Source: Octopus sinensis (Eukaryota). From it: 64,000 nt of DNA. The DNA lies in contig NC_042998.1 of assembly GCF_006345805.1 (NCBI RefSeq), forward strand, positions 49,166,001 through 49,230,000, in the 5' to 3' direction. A program made the position numbers and the translations under genes. This document shows positions 27,336 to 36,716 of this stretch, piece by piece. Position 1 is the stretch's first letter, and each line of letters begins with the position of its first letter. The notes beneath the pieces were generated by a model. It saw only the letters and a program-made list of their open reading frames with translations, did not search any database and was not told where the DNA came from.

Positions 27336-28744
27336 GTTGCTCACATGTGACCATCGTCCATCTCTCTTTTCCATCAGGACTGTCCTAAGGACTGGACATA
27401 TGCTACTTCTCTCTTCTATCTTTTCTCTTTTCAGAGAAAATATTTCTCCAGCGTTTGCCATATTACCCTCATTCTGGTCTAACAACCCTCCGTCTTTGTT
27501 TTTGTTTGGTTTCCTTCTATGCCTCCACTGTCCTGTTTTTGTTCCCGACTTTGACCCTTCATACATCCAAAATTTTATTTTGGTACTTATGGGAGCAACT
27601 GTCTTCAAAGACTTGTATTGTCGTTCAATGCTCAAGATGAGGAGTAGATAGACAGCCGACAACTGATGAAGGTTGTTTTTTATGTTACTTGTCCTGTTTT
27701 CCATTTATTTCTCTCATTGTTTGCGTATTGAACTCATTTATATTCATATTTCATGTTGTTTACCGTTGGTGATGTCCTGTACCCATATATGCATATATAT
27801 ATCATCATCATCATCATCGTTTAACGTCTGTTCTCCATGCTAGCATGGGTTGGACGGTTCGACCGGGGATCTGGGAAGCCAGAAGGCTGCACCAGGCTCC
27901 AGTCTTATCTGGCAATGTTTCTACAGCTGGATGCCCTTCCTAACACCAACCACTCCGTGAGTGTAGTGGGTGCTTTTTACGTGCCACCTGCACAGGTGCC
28001 AGGCGAGGCTGGCAACGGCCACGGTCGGATTGGTGTATTTTATGTGCCACCGGCACAGAAGCCAGTCGAGGCGGCGCTGGCATTGGCCACGAGTCGGATA
28101 GTGCTTTTTACGTACCACCAGACCAGGGATCCTGGCTGGTTCAATTCAATTTCGATATATATATATATACACAAACACATATAGAAGAAGAAAAAGAAAA
28201 TGGAGATTGGGAAGTTAATAATAATTTATTATTAACAGCAAACTAATCATCTTCACTTACAACCGTTTCAATCAATGCTCAATAAACATTAAATTTACAT
28301 TAATGTGACATGAGCACAATATCATCAGAGGAAAAAGATATACATTTTTGGGATATTATATGTTTGCTTATGATTTCATTTTAGCAGACTGCATATAACA
28401 ATACAAAACATAAACCATAACATTCAGTCTGCTAAAATGAATTCATAAACACACATATAATATCCAAAAAATGTATATCTTTTTCCTCTGATGATATTGG
28501 GCTCATATCACATTAATGTAAATTTCATGTTTATTGAGCATTATTTGAAATGGCTGTAAGTGATGATTAATTTGCTGTTAATAATAAGCAATTATTAACT
28601 TCCCAATCTCTAGTTTTTTTTTTTTTCTTCTTTTACATGAATATAAATGTTTTTATATAGATACCTATTATTTTAAGGAAATTAATTCCCCCAAAATACT
28701 AGGTATTGAACCATCCCTTCATGAGGTTAATACACCCTTTAATC

Positions 28745-28839
<95 letters not shown>

Positions 28840-30070
28840 TTTCTTTTTATTTGTTTCAGTCATTTGACTGCGGCCATGCTGAAGCACCACCATTAGTCAA
28901 GCAAATCGACCCCAGGACTTATTCTTTGTAAGCCTAGTTCTTATTCTATCAGTCTCTCTTGCTGAACCACCAAGTGATGGGGATGTAAACACACAGCATC
29001 GGTTGTCAAGCGATGTTGTGGGGACAAACACACACACAAACATACATACACATATATATGTATGTATATATATATATATATATAAAACCATCCGAACGTG
29101 GCGGTAGTCAGTACCACATCGACTGGCCTCCGTGCTGTGGGTACGTAACAAACACCATCCGATCTTGGCTGTTCGCCAGCCTCATCTGGCACCTGTGTCG
29201 GTGGCACATAAAAACACCATCCGAAGACCCGGCAACACTAGTCAGGCCATAACCCGTGGCCCCTACCTGGGACGTAGTCAGGCCATAACCCGTGGCCCCT
29301 ACCTGGGACGTAGTCAGTCCACCTGTGCATACCTTCCTTCTTGTGACACTTGTGAAGACCTGTTGAGGCAAGTGTGTGACACTTGTGAAGACCTGTTGAG
29401 GCAAGTGTGTGACACTTGTGAAGACCTGTTGAGGCAAGTGAAAATCAAAAAATCAAAAAATCAAAATAGATGAACATCAATGGAATTTGTATCTTTGTGG
29501 TACCAGTGCCAGTGGCACACAAGAAAACCATCCGAACGTGGCCGTAGCCAGTACCGCATCGACTGGCCTCCGTGCTGTGGGCACGTAACAAACACCATCC
29601 GATCGTGGCCGTTCGCCAGCCTCATCTGGCACTTGTGTCAGTGGCACATAAAAGCACCATCCGAGCGTGGCCGTCTGCTAGCCTTGTCTGGCACCTGTGT
29701 CGGTGGCACATAAAAAACACCATCCGAGCGTGGCCGTTCGCCAGCCTCATCTGGCACCTGTGTCGGTGGCACATAAAAACACCATCCGAGCGTGGCCGTC
29801 TGCCAGCCTCGTCTGGCACCTGTGTTGGTGACACATAAAAAACACCATGCGAGCGTGGCCGTTCGCCAGCCTCATCTGGCACCTGTGTCGGTGGCACATA
29901 AAATCACCCACTACACTCTCGGAGTGGTTGGCGTTAGGAAGGGCATCCAGCTGTAGAAACACTGCCAGATCTGACTGGCCTGGTGCAGCCTTCGGGCTCC
30001 CCAGACCCCAGTTGAACCGTCCAACCCATGCTAGCATGGAAAGCGGACGTTAAATGATGATGATGATGAT

Positions 30071-30101
<31 letters not shown>

Positions 30102-30271
30102 CGACGGGCTTCTTTCAGTTTCCCTCTACCAAATCTACTCACAAGGCTTTGGTCGGCCCAAAGCTATAGTAGAAGACACTTGCCCATGGTGCCACACAGT
30201 GGGACTGAACCTGGAACCATGTGGTTGGTAAGCAAGCTACTTACCACACGTCCACTCCTGCGCCTATATAT

Positions 30272-30331
<60 letters not shown>

Positions 30332-33300
30332 GTCAGTAGTTCATATATTCAAAAAAGAAGCACACTCTTAAACATTAGAGCAGTAATATATTTTTTAGGA
30401 AGCTGATTGTTATGGCTGGTCAGAAAGTGGCTAGGTAGAGCTGGAAAATGAAATAAAAAAACAATAGTGATAATAAGGTGTTAGAGTAGACCTTAAAGAT
30501 ATGAGGTGGATAGGAGGTGCCAAGAGCAAGCGATGAGAAAATCATAAATAGTCTTTCTTCATATCACTATATATTCATACAAAGTATTTTTATCAGTGTG
30601 ATGAGATATTGTTACAAATTTTACATTTTAGTGAGGATGGAATCTAAAAATCTATGACTAAGCAAAGTTTTAGCTAAAATTCAAAATTAAACAAACACTT
30701 ACCAGCATTTGCTTTCAAATCTTCAGGGGTAACCATGACAACAAATCGAATGGCTCTTTCATTGCGGAACATCTCATATGCCCATCGCCGTACAGAACGT
30801 ATGCATTTAACAGCTGCAATGCCATTGTTTGCTATCAGAACCTAGAAAACAAATATTTACAACTGAATACATATACCCTAATGACAAAAGCATCTTAGTT
30901 ACATTAATTTTCGTGTGATTTAAATACTTTTAGAACTAGCGTCTTAAATTTCATCAGTGGGAAAACAAAAACAGCAACTTAATTACAAGTTTGTAAACAG
31001 AAATGAGCCTAGGGTTAATAATTTAAATATCAAATTATTGGTTATATTTTATATTTTAATTAAGTAATCTTGAATTACTTTATCTGATCTTTTTTTTTTT
31101 AATTAGATATGGTGGAAGTGAGTATGCTTCTGACTTTCACAGGATCTCTGAGATCCATGTGATTAATGGCATTCACGTTCATCTTCATTTGTTGCAAGTC
31201 TATGAATCAAGAAAATACACATGAAGAAAGGGAATACCAGCAGGTCAATATTCTGAGAAGAAAGGACTGGGGTTACTCGGAGTTAGTACTGAGCCTTGGT
31301 GAGTGATGGGAGGAAGAAGCAAGACATGTGAATCAGAAGTGCCTGAGTGAAGCTGGCACAAGACCAGCAAGCTCTGAGATGCAAAGGCCACTGTAGTATC
31401 AACAGAAAAGACTGAGAGAAAATATGGTACAGCTGTGAACCAGGAGTTGGAGTCTTTTAATCTTGATGCTGATCAGCTGACTGGCCCAAGTAGCTTTTCT
31501 TTGGATGCAGTCAAGGAAGTTTCTATGAAGCAGCTGCATTGTCTCAGGTGTGTGAACAGTTTGCATTGTAGTCTCACCTGAGATTTGTAGAGGATTAGTA
31601 ATTGTTGGGAAAATATCAATTAGTGCTGATGTATTTTCTTGCTCTAAAAAGAAAGACAAGCTCCCAAGATACAGTCTTTGTTATGTTGAGGGTGTTCATT
31701 CACAAGAATGTGATCTTCAGTGATAGTGAGAGCCAGCACTGAAGCAATTGCAAAACCTCTAGGTATGGTTGCTCACATTTAACCCTTTCATTACCAACCC
31801 GGCTGAAATCAGCTCTGGCTCTGTAGTACAAATACCTTGTTTTCATAAGTTTTGTATTAAATCTTCCACCAAACCTTAGTCACAATTAATGTTCCTAACA
31901 CTAGCTTAATGATAACTAAATTATTTTACTAAATTCTTTGTTATATCTAAAATAATTGAGAGAAACACAGAGCATCATCATCATCATCATCATCATTTAA
32001 CGTCCGCTTTCCATGCTAGCATGGGTTGGACGGTTCAACTGGGGTCTGGGGAGCCCGAAAGCTGCACCAGTCCAGTCAGATCTGGCAGTGTTTCTACAGC
32101 TGGATGCCCTTCCTAACGCCAACCACTCCGAGAGTGTAGTGGGTGATTTTATGTGCCACCGACACAGGTGCCAGACGAGGCTGGCAAACGGCCACGCGCG
32201 GATGGTGTTTTTTATGTGCCATCGACACAGGTGCCAGACGAGGCTGGCAGACGGCCACGCTCGGATGGTGTTTTTATGTGCCACCGACACAGGTGCCAGA
32301 TGAGGCTGGCAAACGGCCACGATCGGATGGTGCTTGTTACGTGCCCACAGCACGGAGGCCAGTCGATGCGGTACTGGCTACCTCAAAATAAATACAGTAA
32401 CAAAAGGGTTAAGGGCTGAGGATGTGATAATGTTAATGTGATGTATGCAGTGATTGTGTTCTTTCACTGCTGAAAGAGACAAGATTGGCACAACTGCAAT
32501 GGAAAACATTTCCACAAACTTTGCTCCTGAAGTCAGTGCAGATTTGAAGTGATGGGCTTAAGCTGAAAGTGGATAACAATTTCCTCACAGGCTTACATAA
32601 ATTAACTAATTAGAACAAATTTGGATACATGTTGGAGCAGAATTCAACTTCCTGAATCCTTTCGTTACCAACCCGGCTGAAACCGGCTCTGGTTCTGAGT
32701 ACAAATATCTTGTTTTCATATGTTTTAAATTAAAACCTTCCACCAAACTTTAGTCACAATTTATGTTCCTAACACTAGCTGAATGATAACTAAGTTATTT
32801 TACTAAATTCTTTGTTTTATTTAAAGTAATTGAAAGAAACACAGAGCATCGCAAAATAAATACAGTAACGAAAGGGTTAACATTCAGCTGTGACATGCAA
32901 AAATGGAACTTATTTTCAAAAAGGTTATCTGATACAAACCCACCTGAAACCACAACTGGTTCTATGAGACAAACTCCCTGTTTTAAAATGATCTTCAAAC
33001 TTTTCATCATAATATTATGCTAATTTATGTTCCAAATACTAGCTTAATAATGCTGAAGTTATTTTGATACATTTTTTTTTATCATTTTCAGAATTAATTG
33101 AAACAAAGATTGTGGATTTCAACAGAACTATAACAAAAGGGTTAAGGAGTAATTTGTCAATCATTGTAAAGTTGCTCGTAAATCCAAGAGCTTAATAATG
33201 ACATTCCTTACTCAAAGAGAAAACGAAAATACAACTCAGTATCTGAATTATGATTTTAGCGAAATGGAATTGTATCAGCAACTAGGTTGAAGTTGGGGCT

Positions 33301-34535
33301 TCAAAAATTTTGACACCTAATAATAAATGTTTAAGTGAAGTTAACAGTCTTCATGCATTTTGAATGACTAAAAAATATATCTTTCATGCTGCAATTGTTT
33401 TAGTTTCAACATACAGTCTCAGATCAAATCATTTGTTTGACAAGTACATCTCCAAATTTCCATAATTACATTGTAGAAATATCGGTCTTTCAAGAACACA
33501 CAGAAACTGTTATACTCGCTTTTAATTTATTTTTAATCCGTACAGTTTATTATGAAGTATTAAGAATTTTCATTGCTCTTCAGCAACATGATAACTATCT
33601 CAGTTCCAGAAGTGGAGTAACAAAATGTAAATGTAAAAATTTTGTATGTTCTCAATTTGACTAAAATGTAATTGTTTCACTTCCAACATATGGTCTCAGA
33701 TTGGAAAAAAACCATATGCAAAAAACAGTACAACTCTGAAAATTTCCATTGTTAACCCTTTAATTGTGAAATTAAATTTCATGGTCATTCCAGTAATGAC
33801 GTTAAATATCTACCAAGAAGTAGAATTGATATTTTCTGCAAGTCACATTGCCTCAATAAACGTGACACATCTCAACAAAGTGAAGGTGCATGGCTCAGTG
33901 GTTAGAGCATCAGGCTCACAATCATGAGGTAGTGAGTTCAATTCTCGAACTAGGCTTTGTGTTGTGTTCTTGAGCGAAACACTTTATTTCACATTGCACC
34001 AGTTCACTCAGCTGTAGAAATGAGTAGCAACATCCCTTGGATAACATTGATGGCATGGAGAGGGGAGACTGGTATGAATAGGCAGCTGCTGGTCTTCCAT
34101 AAAAAATCTTACCCAGACTTATGCCTTGGAGGGAAATTTTCTAGGTACAATTCCATGGTCATTCATGACCAAAAGGGGTCTTTACCCTTTACCTTATCTC
34201 AACACAAAATAGTTTCAAACATAACATTCCACAACAAAAGACCATTGATGTATAAAACTGCTTTCCACAGTTAAGGGTAACAAAGTTTTGAGTGGATATA
34301 TGATTTCTACAATAAAAAAGCTAATATCGTAAATATTTCAGCAAAAACATAAAACTTAGTAATCTACAAAATAAAGACACACAAAGTTGTTTTATAAAAC
34401 ACCTTACTTACTGTGTTGATAACTTTATTGCCACCAAACTTCTTCACAAATTCTTCCGGTGTGGCAACTGTGAAATCTTTAGGGTATGTAGAACGTTTCC
34501 CTCGATGATCCAGGTTAACACCTGACATCGTATGC
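511..34535 (-). CDS. ACC: Acetyl-CoA carboxylase (multidomain ACC1/ACACA-type), 5' part; 22 coding exons, continues 3' beyond position 1
   Basis: join(complement): 34412-34535, 30703-30841, 26658-26767, 25517-25598, 23109-23207, 21354-21574, 19207-19416, 18208-18378, 15645-15806, 14848-15011, 13737-13887, 11511-11614, 9649-9730, 8312-8382, 8004-8144, 5627-5755, 4178-4268, 3855-4070, 3058-3177, 2352-2452, 2096-2184, 511-635. All splice phases are compatible and there is no internal stop. The peptide is colinear with eukaryotic ACC: [56 protein letters not shown]. Confidence 0.97.
2096..2184 (-). CDS. ACC: ACC exon c21: [30 protein letters not shown]
   Basis: TTGCAG acceptor, GTAATT donor; matches YRSGIRGHMK. 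Confidence 0.95.
2352..2452 (-). CDS. ACC: ACC exon c20: [33 protein letters not shown](R)
   Basis: ACCAG acceptor, AG|GTTTGT donor (phase 2, fixed by the next exon). Confidence 0.95.
3058..3177 (-). CDS. ACC: ACC exon c19: [40 protein letters not shown]
   Basis: TTGTAG acceptor, GTGAGT donor; NITSVLxQFPSQ motif. Confidence 0.95.
3562..3821 (-). mobile_element. tRNA-headed SINE-like element containing a degenerate minimal hammerhead ribozyme
   Basis: A box TGGCATAGTGG, B box GTTCGATTCC, (AAT)n spacer, hammerhead-like core at 3618-3663, and a TGTAAATAA-type tail. Confidence 0.75.
3618..3663 (-). ncRNA. Degenerate type I minimal hammerhead ribozyme (Penelope-like)
   Basis: GACAC-CUGAAGA-A-AGCUG-GAGGGUAUAU-CAGCC-GAAAC-AUU^GUGUU. 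Stem I GACAC/GUGUU, stem II GCUG/CAGC; stem III is one substitution from the palindrome AACGUU. Confidence 0.6.
3855..4070 (-). CDS. ACC: ACC exon c18: [10 protein letters not shown]...[31 protein letters not shown]...[12 protein letters not shown]
   Basis: TTGTAG acceptor, GTAAAG donor; LRDPxLPLLELQ central-domain motif. Confidence 0.96.
4178..4268 (-). CDS. ACC: ACC exon c17: [31 protein letters not shown]
   Basis: TTCCAG acceptor, GTAAAA donor; end of BCCP. Confidence 0.96.
5627..5755 (-). CDS. ACC: ACC exon c16 (BCCP): [43 protein letters not shown]; biotinylated Lys codon at 5662-5664
   Basis: TTTAG acceptor, GTAAGT donor; EVMKM biotinylation motif. Confidence 0.97.
6095..6500 (+). mobile_element. 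RTE-type 3' end fragment; related copies at about 8480-8730, 12205-12570, 13280-13460, 16270-16747, 39390-39705, 42170-42458
   Basis: All share GTGGCACGTAAAAGCACCCACTACACTC...AGGAAGGGCATCCAGCTGTAGAA...GGACGTTAAA(GAT)n. Confidence 0.75.
8004..8144 (-). CDS. ACC: ACC exon c15: [46 protein letters not shown](R)
   Basis: TTTCAG acceptor, GTAACT donor; [11 protein letters not shown] motif. Confidence 0.96.
8312..8382 (-). CDS. ACC: ACC exon c14: [23 protein letters not shown](R)
   Basis: GATAG acceptor, GTAAGT donor; matches SYVVIMNGSCVEVDVHR. Confidence 0.93.
9649..9730 (-). CDS. ACC: ACC exon c13: [28 protein letters not shown]
   Basis: TTCCAG acceptor, GTAAGG donor; matches [24 protein letters not shown]. 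Confidence 0.94.
9982..10276 (-). mobile_element. tRNA-derived SINE family D
   Basis: Minus-strand head GGAGGCGCTATGGCCCAGTGGCTAGGG with a degenerate B box, then a GC-rich body unlike flanking intron. Confidence 0.6.
11511..11614 (-). CDS. ACC: ACC exon c12: [34 protein letters not shown](R)
   Basis: TTCTAG acceptor, weak GTCTGA donor; matches AERPDTMLGVVCGALHVAD...LERG (BT domain). Confidence 0.92.
12694..13215 (-). mobile_element. 5'-truncated RTE 3' UTR copy, same subfamily as the 45.5-kb LINE
   Basis: Near-identical to 45539-45960 and 46430-46540. Confidence 0.85.
13737..13887 (-). CDS. ACC: ACC exon c11: [51 protein letters not shown]
   Basis: TAAG acceptor, GTATGC donor; end of BC domain ([20 protein letters not shown]). 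Confidence 0.96.
14848..15011 (-). CDS. ACC: ACC exon c10: [54 protein letters not shown]
   Basis: TTTCAG acceptor, GTAAGT donor (phase 2); [13 protein letters not shown] motif. Confidence 0.97.
15645..15806 (-). CDS. ACC: ACC exon c9: [54 protein letters not shown]
   Basis: TTTCAG acceptor, GTAAAG donor; [13 protein letters not shown] motif. Confidence 0.97.
18208..18378 (-). CDS. ACC: ACC exon c8: [57 protein letters not shown]
   Basis: TTCTAG acceptor, GTAAAA donor; [11 protein letters not shown] motif. Confidence 0.97.
19207..19416 (-). CDS. ACC: ACC exon c7: [25 protein letters not shown]...[31 protein letters not shown] (GC donor)
   Basis: TTTAG acceptor; [17 protein letters not shown] motif. 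Gap-free alignment to the next exon requires the donor AAG|GCAGGT. Confidence 0.95.
19630..20018 (+). mobile_element. 5'-truncated RTE/BovB-like LINE 3' fragment
   Basis: [29 protein letters not shown] motifs; (GATA)n tail. Confidence 0.85.
20440..21128 (+). mobile_element. 5'-truncated RTE LINE copy (ORF end plus repeat-containing 3' UTR)
   Basis: [16 protein letters not shown] tail, about 60-bp 3' UTR units, terminal CCATGCTAGCATGG...GTTAAAC and (GAT)n tail shared with the LINE at 45.5 kb. Confidence 0.8.
21354..21574 (-). CDS. ACC: ACC exon c6: [24 protein letters not shown]...[33 protein letters not shown]
   Basis: TATAG acceptor, GTTAGT donor; ATP-grasp glycine-rich loop. Confidence 0.96.
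23109..23207 (-). CDS. ACC: ACC exon c5: [33 protein letters not shown]
   Basis: TTACAG acceptor, GTAAAT donor; [11 protein letters not shown] motif. Confidence 0.96.
24400..25220 (-). mobile_element. Old, degraded CR1/L2-like LINE RT fragment
   Basis: FADI (FADD-like) remnant followed by decayed C-terminal RT-like peptide across frames. Confidence 0.5.
25517..25598 (-). CDS. ACC: ACC exon c4: [27 protein letters not shown]
   Basis: TTTCAG acceptor, GTAACT donor; [11 protein letters not shown] motif. Confidence 0.96.
26658..26767 (-). CDS. ACC: ACC exon c3: [37 protein letters not shown]
   Basis: TTTAG acceptor, GTAAGT donor; matches [33 protein letters not shown]. Confidence 0.96.
27148..27423. 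repeat. Inverted repeat with a perfect 50-bp core around a (CT)n spacer
   Basis: 27148-27197 is the exact reverse complement of 27374-27423; imperfect pairing continues inward. Confidence 0.9.
27801..28155 (-). mobile_element. 5'-truncated RTE 3' UTR copy, same subfamily as the 45.5-kb LINE
   Basis: Near-identical to 45539-45890. Confidence 0.85.
28185..28633. repeat. Long inverted repeat (foldback): arms 28203-28391 and 28425-28610, 33-nt loop
   Basis: Arms are reverse complements, roughly 90% identical by eye, e.g. GAGGAAAAAGATATACATTTTT / AAAAAATGTATATCTTTTTCCTC. Confidence 0.9.
28747..28840. repeat. (TA)n/(CA)n microsatellite; representative of many, e.g. 371-410 (ATT)n, 746-781 (CA)n, 27293-27332 (CT)n, 58948-59040 (TA)n(CA)n
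   Basis: Directly visible simple repeats. Confidence 0.95.
29084..30070 (+). mobile_element. RTE-type 3' end with internal tandem duplications, inserted in the (TA)n tract of a SINE
   Basis: Five units of about 62 bp, 36-bp x2 and 31-bp x3 repeats, (GAT)n tail. The flanking SINE halves are 28845-29083 and 30080-30266. Confidence 0.8.
30703..30841 (-). CDS. ACC: ACC exon c2: [46 protein letters not shown]
   Basis: CTAG acceptor, GTAAGT donor; start of biotin carboxylase domain; too short for the ORF track. Confidence 0.96.
31140..31700 (-). mobile_element. Old, degraded CR1/L2-like LINE 3' fragment
   Basis: [20 protein letters not shown] and SFFSEY-like remnants across frames. Confidence 0.55.
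31779..33146. mobile_element. Cluster of three piggyBac-like MITE family 2 copies (31779-32412 interrupted, about 32657-32880, about 32935-33146)
   Basis: TTAACCCTTTC(G/A)TTACCAACCCGGCTGAAA...GTAAC(G/A)AAAGGGTTAA termini. Confidence 0.75.
31977..32381 (-). mobile_element. RTE-type 3' end inserted in a piggyBac-like MITE
   Basis: Reverse complement of 29540-30070 (3 units instead of 5). Inserted at GAGCATC of the MITE 31779-32412; the intact site is seen at 32844-32860. Confidence 0.8.
33884..34195 (+). mobile_element. tRNA-derived SINE family C (related decayed copy at about 17280-17510, minus strand)
   Basis: TGGCTCAGTGGTTAG A box, GAGTTCAATTC B box, CTTGAGC...CACTTTATTTCAC...CACTCAGCTG core. 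Confidence 0.7.
34412..34535 (-). CDS. ACC: ACC exon c1: (R)[41 protein letters not shown]
   Basis: TTTAG acceptor; GTAAGT donor. Matches ACC RSSMSG...[21 protein letters not shown]. Starts on the third base of a split codon, so an upstream exon exists. Confidence 0.93.
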
Positions 34536-36307
34536 CTAAAAAGAAGGAACAATAAATGACATAGATCAAGATTGTCACAGATGTAGTACGAGCGAGCCGG
34601 CAACACAGCTGGAAACAGCAAAAGTAACATTAATGATAATAATTATCAGCATCATCATCATCATTATTATCTTTATTATAAAATAATCACAGTAAAAATT
34701 TAGCTAATGTAAACATGACAGGTTTTGTTATTTTTCTTATCATTATTATTATTATGATTATTATTATTATTATGAACTATAGAATGAGAGGAAAAAAAAA
34801 ATGGGTAAACTAAAAATAACCTTTAAACTTCAGTTTTCAACAGCGGAAATAATTCTTATCTTTTTTTCTTTTTTAACCCACCATCACTACTACTACTACC
34901 ACCACTCCACTGACTTCTACATACTGAAACAAAAAACATCATAATCATTTTTAAAAATGAAAATAACTAATATTAAAACTGAATCCTAGAAACACTAATG
35001 CTGGAGCAGGCATGGCTATGTGGTTAAGACGTTCACTTTGCAATCACGTGGTCGTGAGTTCAATCACTCCTGTACGGCACTTTTGAGCAAATTCATTTTA
35101 CAGTATGCCCTTGGTTGACCAATACTTTATGAGTGACTTTTGGAATTTGTGAGGTGAAAACTACCAAAATCCTCATGGTGGTGGTGGGGGGTGCATTTGT
35201 GCGTGTGCGTGTGTGTGTGTGTCTGTGTGTGTGAGTGTGAGCATGTTTGTGTGTGTGTGAGTAAGTGCCATGTGTGTGCATGTTTGTGTGCATGTATGCA
35301 TGTTTGCGTGTGTGCGTATGTGTGTTTATGCTCATGTAAAAGTTGTTGTTGCTGTTGTTAAAGTTAACTTTTACCTTATTTCAATCTTTGGATAGCAGCC
35401 ATGCTGGAACATTACCTTGAAGGGTATAGTTGAACAAATCGACCCCATTCTTATGTTTTTTTTAAGTCTGGCACTTATCCTATCATGTTACCTGGACATA
35501 AACAAACCAAGAAGGGTTGTCAAGCAGTGTGGCAGGACAAACACAAACATGTAGACAGGCACACACACAAACACACGCAACAGACTTCTACGCAGCTCCC
35601 ATCCATTAAATTCATTCGCAAAGCATTGGTTGGACTGGGGCTACAGTAAAAGAAACTTGCTTAAGGTGCTGTGCAGTGGGACAACTTGAAACCATGCAGT
35701 TAACTTCTTGACCACACTACGTGCCTACGTCTATGTTGGCTAATTGATATCAAAACAGTACTAGGATCAATCATCATCGTTTAATGTCTGCTTTCCATGT
35801 TAAAGGGTTGGACGGATGACATGGAGCTAGCTAGCAGGGAGCTGTCCAGATTCAAACTATCTATTGTCCCATGGTTTCTATGGCAGGATGCCCTTCCTAA
35901 TGCCGGCCACTTAACAGAGTGTGCTAGGTGCTTTTTATGTGCCACTGGCACAGGTGTGTTTATGTAGCACCAGCACAAGTGCTTTTTTTTCTTGAAGTGG
36001 CACTTGCACCTGAACACCTGTATGTGTGGAAAATAGCAGAGTGATTAAAACCCTTGAGGAAGGCTCCAATAAGGCCACAGTTCTATGACTGAAACCAGTA
36101 AAACAGAAGAAAATAAAATGAAATCCACACAAAAACTGTTTCTTGAAAATTTAACAAATCTACTGCAACTTAGAAAAATAATCCTGTTGTATCTAAGGTG
36201 AGTCATTATGCTAATGTTAATAACACACACTGGTTCAATTCTACTCCTTTATTATTAGTCAATTGGTTAAATATCCAACTAACTATTTGATTGTTTGTTT
36301 AACTTTG

Positions 36308-36716
36308 TAGGCGTAGGAGTGGCTGTGTGGTAAGTAGCTTGCTCACCAACCAATGGTTCTGGGTTCAGTCCCACAGCTTGGCACCTTGGGCAAGTGTCTT
36401 CTACTATAGCTTTGGGTCGACCAAAGCCTTGTGAGTGGATTTGGTAGATGGAAACTGAAAGAATCCCGTCGTATATATGTATATATATATATATGTATGT
36501 GTGTGTATATGTTTGTGTGTCTGTGTTTGTTCCCCCAATATCACTTGATAACCGATGCTGGTGCGTTCAGGTCCCTGTGGCTAAGTGGTTCGGCAAAAGA
36601 GACCGATAGAATAAGTACTAGGCTTTCAAAGAATAAGTCCTGGGGTCGATTTGCTCGACTAAAGGCGGTGCTCCAGCATGGCCGCAGTCAAATGACTGAA
36701 AAGAGTAAAAGAGTAA
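36308..36716 (+). mobile_element. tRNA-derived SINE family A (CORE-like CCTTGGGCAAG, central (TA)n/(TG)n, GAGTAAAA tail); other copies at about 14531-14820(+), 17654-18040(-), 37267-37672(-), 40277-40660(+), 41500-41880(-), 28845-30266(-, interrupted)
   Basis: A box TGGCTGTGTGGT, B box GGTTCAGTCCC; body and tail shared across many copies. Confidence 0.8.

Noticed and set aside
27291-27704. ORFs of 137 aa (-) and 105 aa (+), plus the many 60-250 aa ORFs in SINE and RTE-UTR copies (e.g. 45573-46319)
   Set aside because: No recognisable domain; they arise from GC-rich repeats and microsatellites and recur wherever the repeat does.
27655-27705. GACAA-CTGATGA-AGG...TTGTC, a hammerhead-like start
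   Set aside because: No GAAA core element or stem II follows in this copy; at most a decayed remnant.
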